Virus record (IMG/VR): IMGVR_UViG_3300005264_001052
Source of the DNA: an uncultured virus (IMG/VR IMGVR_UViG_3300005264_001052)
Lineage: Duplodnaviria > Heunggongvirae > Uroviricota > Caudoviricetes
DNA length: 64,000 nt
Reading direction: 5' to 3' (one strand)
Of the stretch, positions 59,935 through 64,000 are shown piece after piece. The notes beneath the pieces are model-generated. The model was not told where the DNA came from. It saw only the letters and a program-made list of their open reading frames with translations, and made no database searches. A program made the position numbers and the translations under genes. Each line of letters begins with the position of its first letter. Position 1 is the stretch's first letter.

Positions 59935-60360
59935 CTATGCTCTTATATCAATTATACATAGTTGTAATCCTGGGTTTAATAAAGAATCTTCAACTAAATG
60001 CCTAGTAGTTTCAAAAACTTTAGATGAATATAATTTTTTTTGCTCATAAGAAAGCTCTATAAAGATTGGAAACTCTCTGCCGGCCTTTGATTTATTTACT
60101 ACACTACATTTTAATTCTTTGGCCCTTTTGTTGATACAAGTTGCAATTTTTTTCTTAGTTTCTTTTGAAAACTTCGCTCTTCCTAAATAAGCCCTAGCTA
60201 CAGCAACATGTTTACAATCTGTAACAGGGAAACTTTTATTTGGACCACAAAATTTAGAACTTTTTAATTTTTTTCTATCTTTTGTTGTTAAGTTCTTTCC
60301 CATTACTCTGTTAGCTTTAGCGATAAGACCTTTTAGTGTATTAACATTCTCAATACTCAT
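59935..60360 (-). CDS. Basic hypothetical protein
   Basis: LTTKDRKKLKSSKFCGPNKSFPV.D..HV motif. Confidence 0.5.
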   Translation of the reverse strand: MSIENVNTLKGLIAKANRVMGKNLTTKDRKKLKSSKFCGPNKSFPVTDCKHVAVARAYLGRAKFSKETKKKIATCINKRAKELKCSVVNKSKAGREFPIFIELSYEQKKLYSSKVFETTRHLVEDSLLNPGLQLCIIDIRA

Positions 60361-60511
60361 ACTATTTAATCCTCTTATTTTTAATAGCTAATCGTGGCAG
60401 TAACACAGAAACTGCTTGGTTTTATCTTAATGGTGAAGGACCAACCCTACCAGTGTTTTTGTTCACTATTATAAGGCCTGCTCCAAAGAGCAGGCCCATA
60501 TTTATTAAAAA

Positions 60512-61084
60512 TTATAATGCATTCATCGCCTCTACTTTTACAGAACTCGTAATTGTAGATGCTTCATTATTAGTTATTTCAAATATACAATTAGTACCGC
60601 TAGCTGTAATAGTAATATCCATATCTATGTTTTCGCCAAGAAAGCTATACTCATTAGAAGTCATAGCTGAGTTATGGTATAAACTAGATAGTTTTGATAA
60701 ACTATTTCCACCAGTTCCCGAATTAGTAGTATCTGCAACCCATTCAAAACTAGTATTATTTGAAAGATCTAAACTGTAAAATTCCTCAGTATTTCCTGCT
60801 GCAATATTTTTAGTTACAACATTACTAGCAACAGATGTTGATCCCCCAATCTCAATCCAAGTATTTGGCAAGGATTTTTTAAACCACCACTTTCCATTAC
60901 TTTGAAGAAAAGTAGCGCCCAATGCAACATTATAAATGAGAGTTTCACCATCGGTGTTCCCATTTGAAACGTCGTTAGGACAATTATCCCAACCTAATGT
61001 GCCTCCACTAGGCATATTAGTATTGTATTTTAACTGTATACTCCTACGTTCTATCTCAAACGCATTGTCGTCTATAGATGCCAT
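60512..61084 (-). CDS. Probable virion structural protein
   Basis: S/T/N-rich beta-type composition; next to other structural-like genes. Confidence 0.5.
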   Translation of the reverse strand: MASIDDNAFEIERRSIQLKYNTNMPSGGTLGWDNCPNDVSNGNTDGETLIYNVALGATFLQSNGKWWFKKSLPNTWIEIGGSTSVASNVVTKNIAAGNTEEFYSLDLSNNTSFEWVADTTNSGTGGNSLSKLSSLYHNSAMTSNEYSFLGENIDMDITITASGTNCIFEITNNEASTITSSVKVEAMNAL

Positions 61085-61087
61085 TAA

Positions 61088-62893
61088 TTACACTCCCTCA
61101 CTCACTAAAATGGCTGAGTCAACAGTTTGGCCCTGCGTTGCCGCAGTATCCAATATGATAAAGTTAGTAGGATTATTCCCCACTTGATCAATTGTGTACT
61201 CACTAGTAACAGGTGGAGATGTATTAATTGTGGACGCTCTTGAAAGCGTTTTAATAATCCCATTCCCATTTGTATAATACCATTGTAGTGAAACTTTAGT
61301 ATAGGTCGTAGCTTCAACACTCTGAGAGGTTGAGTTCTGACCAAGGGTAATTCTATAGTATCTAGGCATAAACCCTCCAATAACATAGGTATTATTCCCA
61401 GTTACTGAAGATGTAGTAATACCAGCTAAATTAGTTCCTGAAATAGCCCCCCAAGTATGTGTACCACGGGTGCTACTGTCAGGTACTTGCAAACTATTAG
61501 TAAATGATGTCATTCCTCCAGCATTTACGAAAGATCCAGACCATGTACCTTTACCAGCAGACGGGGCTGCGAGTGTAGGAACTGCATTAAGAATCTGGTT
61601 AGACCCAATTGTAATAGTATGAGTAGCAGTAGATGCCGAAGTAGTAAGGCCAACGTTAGAGTATCCAGTGCTGCCAGATCTAAGTCTTGAAGCAGGTTCT
61701 GAAATAGTAAGTTGAGCCGCAACATTCGCAATCCTTACATTCCTACTGTAAGAAGATGTGGCATCGTTAGATACTTTAGTTGCTGAAACACTGTAGTTAT
61801 TGGAGCTCACATTATAACTTCCACCAATTCTGGTGACTGTTTTAACTTGAGCATATGTAGAAGTACTAGGTATTGAAATTTCACTTAACGGAGTACTATA
61901 TGTAATAGTATCTGTTCCGCTAGTCCAATTAGTTACAGAAACATCGACATTCGCTGTTTCTGAATTTTTAAGTGCGCCCTGAGACGCTGGGTAAGTAATA
62001 GAATTAAATGTAATTGTAGGATAAACTTGGTCAATAGTCAGATTAGAAGATGTGTATACATCGCCATTTGTTCCCAAATTATTAGATGCTTGGGCATCTC
62101 CAGGTGAATTAGAACCAACATTAGAAATTGTAACAGTACCGGTAGCGTATCTATATCCTGCTCCTGCGCCATCAACTGCTCCTAATGCTAGGTTAACTAA
62201 AGTTTTAGAAACTTTATCGTTTTCTATCCATACTGAAGTTGCATCATTTTCAACAGTAAGCGTAACTCCTATAGTATCATCCTCTTTAAGTGCTGTCTGG
62301 CTTCCTGGGTAGGACCCCCAAACCCAATTAGTAATTGCAGGACCTGCACCAGCGAGAGCTACATTTACAGAGGTACTTTGACCAGTAGTACTTTCAAGTA
62401 GAAAATCTTGGTTATTGCCAGCACCACAAGTTAATGTGACATCAAAAGAGCCAGCGAATAAACGTCGATCATCGCCGTATTGAGTCATATTAGTACAATT
62501 AACTCCACTAATAGAAATAGTAGGGCTATAAAAACTAGACGGTTCAGCAAGAAACGAAATTGTCACTGCTGTAGTGTCAGAAGTACACCCACTAAGTACT
62601 GTGTCTGTAGGAACAGTGTTTGGGACATAAACCTCATTACCAATATTTCCTGAATTTGAAACGTCGGTAACGAATACAAACCCAACACCTGCTCCTGAAG
62701 CATCTGAAGATTTCTGCCAATCTGTATCTCCCGCCCCTGTTTTCTTAAAAGAAACACCGTTACTTCTAAGAAATAAAGAACCCATCGGGGCAGCTTTTCC
62801 AGTCACTGAAGGATCAAAAGTTCCATACAGTACATCTGCTTGTCCATTAGAGGTATCTATTCTTACTCCATTTTCAACTCCAAATAGAGCCAT
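61088..62893 (-). CDS. Probable virion structural / fibre protein
   Basis: 601 aa, S/T/G-rich; N-terminal AAPMGSLFLRS...DTDW motif. Confidence 0.55.
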   Translation of the reverse strand: MALFGVENGVRIDTSNGQADVLYGTFDPSVTGKAAPMGSLFLRSNGVSFKKTGAGDTDWQKSSDASGAGVGFVFVTDVSNSGNIGNEVYVPNTVPTDTVLSGCTSDTTAVTISFLAEPSSFYSPTISISGVNCTNMTQYGDDRRLFAGSFDVTLTCGAGNNQDFLLESTTGQSTSVNVALAGAGPAITNWVWGSYPGSQTALKEDDTIGVTLTVENDATSVWIENDKVSKTLVNLALGAVDGAGAGYRYATGTVTISNVGSNSPGDAQASNNLGTNGDVYTSSNLTIDQVYPTITFNSITYPASQGALKNSETANVDVSVTNWTSGTDTITYSTPLSEISIPSTSTYAQVKTVTRIGGSYNVSSNNYSVSATKVSNDATSSYSRNVRIANVAAQLTISEPASRLRSGSTGYSNVGLTTSASTATHTITIGSNQILNAVPTLAAPSAGKGTWSGSFVNAGGMTSFTNSLQVPDSSTRGTHTWGAISGTNLAGITTSSVTGNNTYVIGGFMPRYYRITLGQNSTSQSVEATTYTKVSLQWYYTNGNGIIKTLSRASTINTSPPVTSEYTIDQVGNNPTNFIILDTAATQGQTVDSAILVSEGV

Positions 62894-62997
62894 ATTTATA
62901 ATTCCTCCTTTTTAAAAAATTTTAAAGGTTAAACTCACATAAAATAAATAAAATACGTGACGGCGTATTATTAATTATATATATGCTTATGCTATAT

Positions 62998-63372
62998 TTA
63001 AATAGCTAAATCATTTTTTATAGTGTCTAATATATGGAGTACTGCTTTAGGTTTTGAAAATACTTTGTCTATTCCAGCAATCGAAGGGTCTATTGAATCA
63101 AATAAATATGGGTGTCCTGTCATAACATATATCTTTGCATCACAAAATTGTTTTCTAATTTCTATACTTAGATCTACCCCACTTAATTTACCAGAACCTA
63201 AATTTATATCTAATATAAATATTTTAAATTCTGTACTTTTTAAAAGCTCTAAAGCTTCCTCTCCAGAAGAAACTATTTTAAAAGTAACATCTGTAATAGC
63301 CCTCATTAAGGCAATATATAAATCAGAAATAGATTTTTCATTTTCTACAAACAATATATCTATATTTTCCAT
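62998..63372 (-). CDS. Single-domain response regulator receiver
   Basis: ILFVENE, SSGEEAL, ILDINL..SGVDL, MTG, SKP. Confidence 0.85.
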   Translation of the reverse strand: MENIDILFVENEKSISDLYIALMRAITDVTFKIVSSGEEALELLKSTEFKIFILDINLGSGKLSGVDLSIEIRKQFCDAKIYVMTGHPYLFDSIDPSIAGIDKVFSKPKAVLHILDTIKNDLAI

Positions 63373-63383
63373 ATAAAACCTCC

Positions 63384-63935
63384 TTAAACATTAAATAAAT
63401 CAAAGAACGAATCTATAAAGATTTCTGGAGTATTTCCATCTAGCCACCCCAATAATATCCCATTATACACTAACACTTTTTTACAGGCTGTAGTAATATC
63501 AGCTATGATTGGAAAGGTCCATTCATTAATAACTGTATGATAATCCAAGAATATAAAATCATAGGTTTCATCTGTTTTATATAAATATGTTAAAGCAGAA
63601 TCATTTATTACCCTAAATCTATCATCATTAATAGGGTTTATCTTAGCCTGTACTTCAATGATTTCTTCGTATTCTTCAATTACTGTTACTGATTTTACAT
63701 TATTAAATGACAATAAGTATTTACTTGCTATTCCTAGTCCTAAACTTATAATTAAACAATTTCCAAAAGGTTTATCTGCCAATTGCCAAATGTAATCAGA
63801 TAAATCTTTGTCAGCCGCAATTAAATTTTGTCGTCCCAATTCCATAAATAGCTCATTATCCAAATCATACACTCTAACTTCACCACTACGCATCACTAAC
63901 TTTCCATCACGAGAATAAATGGGCCCCTTTTTCAT
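63384..63935 (-). CDS. Class I SAM-dependent methyltransferase; paralog of 57223..57783
   Basis: LIISLGLG, TVIE, YDFIFLD; collinear similarity with the paralog. Confidence 0.72.
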   Translation of the reverse strand: MKKGPIYSRDGKLVMRSGEVRVYDLDNELFMELGRQNLIAADKDLSDYIWQLADKPFGNCLIISLGLGIASKYLLSFNNVKSVTVIEEYEEIIEVQAKINPINDDRFRVINDSALTYLYKTDETYDFIFLDYHTVINEWTFPIIADITTACKKVLVYNGILLGWLDGNTPEIFIDSFFDLFNV

Positions 63936-64000
63936 GTATTTGTTCTCCTACTATAAATGAGGTTAAATAAATGATATATCTTTTACAGGTAAATCCTCAA

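Overview
Very AT-rich, gene-dense DNA that looks like part of a large (jumbo-type) bacteriophage genome: dispersed tRNA genes, tRNA-repair enzymes, a Rad52-like annealase, DNA methylases, and LamG/Gly-rich virion-type proteins. A HesB-like selenoprotein and a PEP-CTERM protein hint at a selenocysteine-using Gram-negative anaerobe host such as Desulfobacterota (inference). Genes run on + from about 336 to 44,400 and on - from about 44,750 to the end. The main observations are: (1) a 1143-aa single-chain RNA polymerase with beta and beta-prime catalytic motifs in one ORF, plus a separate sigma70-like factor; (2) a strongly expanded phiEco32-type peptide/amide-ligase locus wrapped around the polymerase (3 COOH-NH2 ligases, 1 Cys-rich amidoligase, 2 class-II and 2 class-I glutamine amidotransferases, 2 ATP-grasp enzymes, a GNAT domain) and a four-member unknown family nearby; (3) a non-coding RNA-rich region with three covarying Y-RNA-like hairpins and other structured elements, near a CCA enzyme, RtcB and Rnl2; (4) an unannotated UGA-containing HesB-like selenoprotein gene with a SECIS-like hairpin; (5) three LamG genes built from shared constant DNA boxes; and (6) many deletion/frameshift scars that may be real or assembly-derived. 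All family calls are by eye from motifs; no database searches were run.
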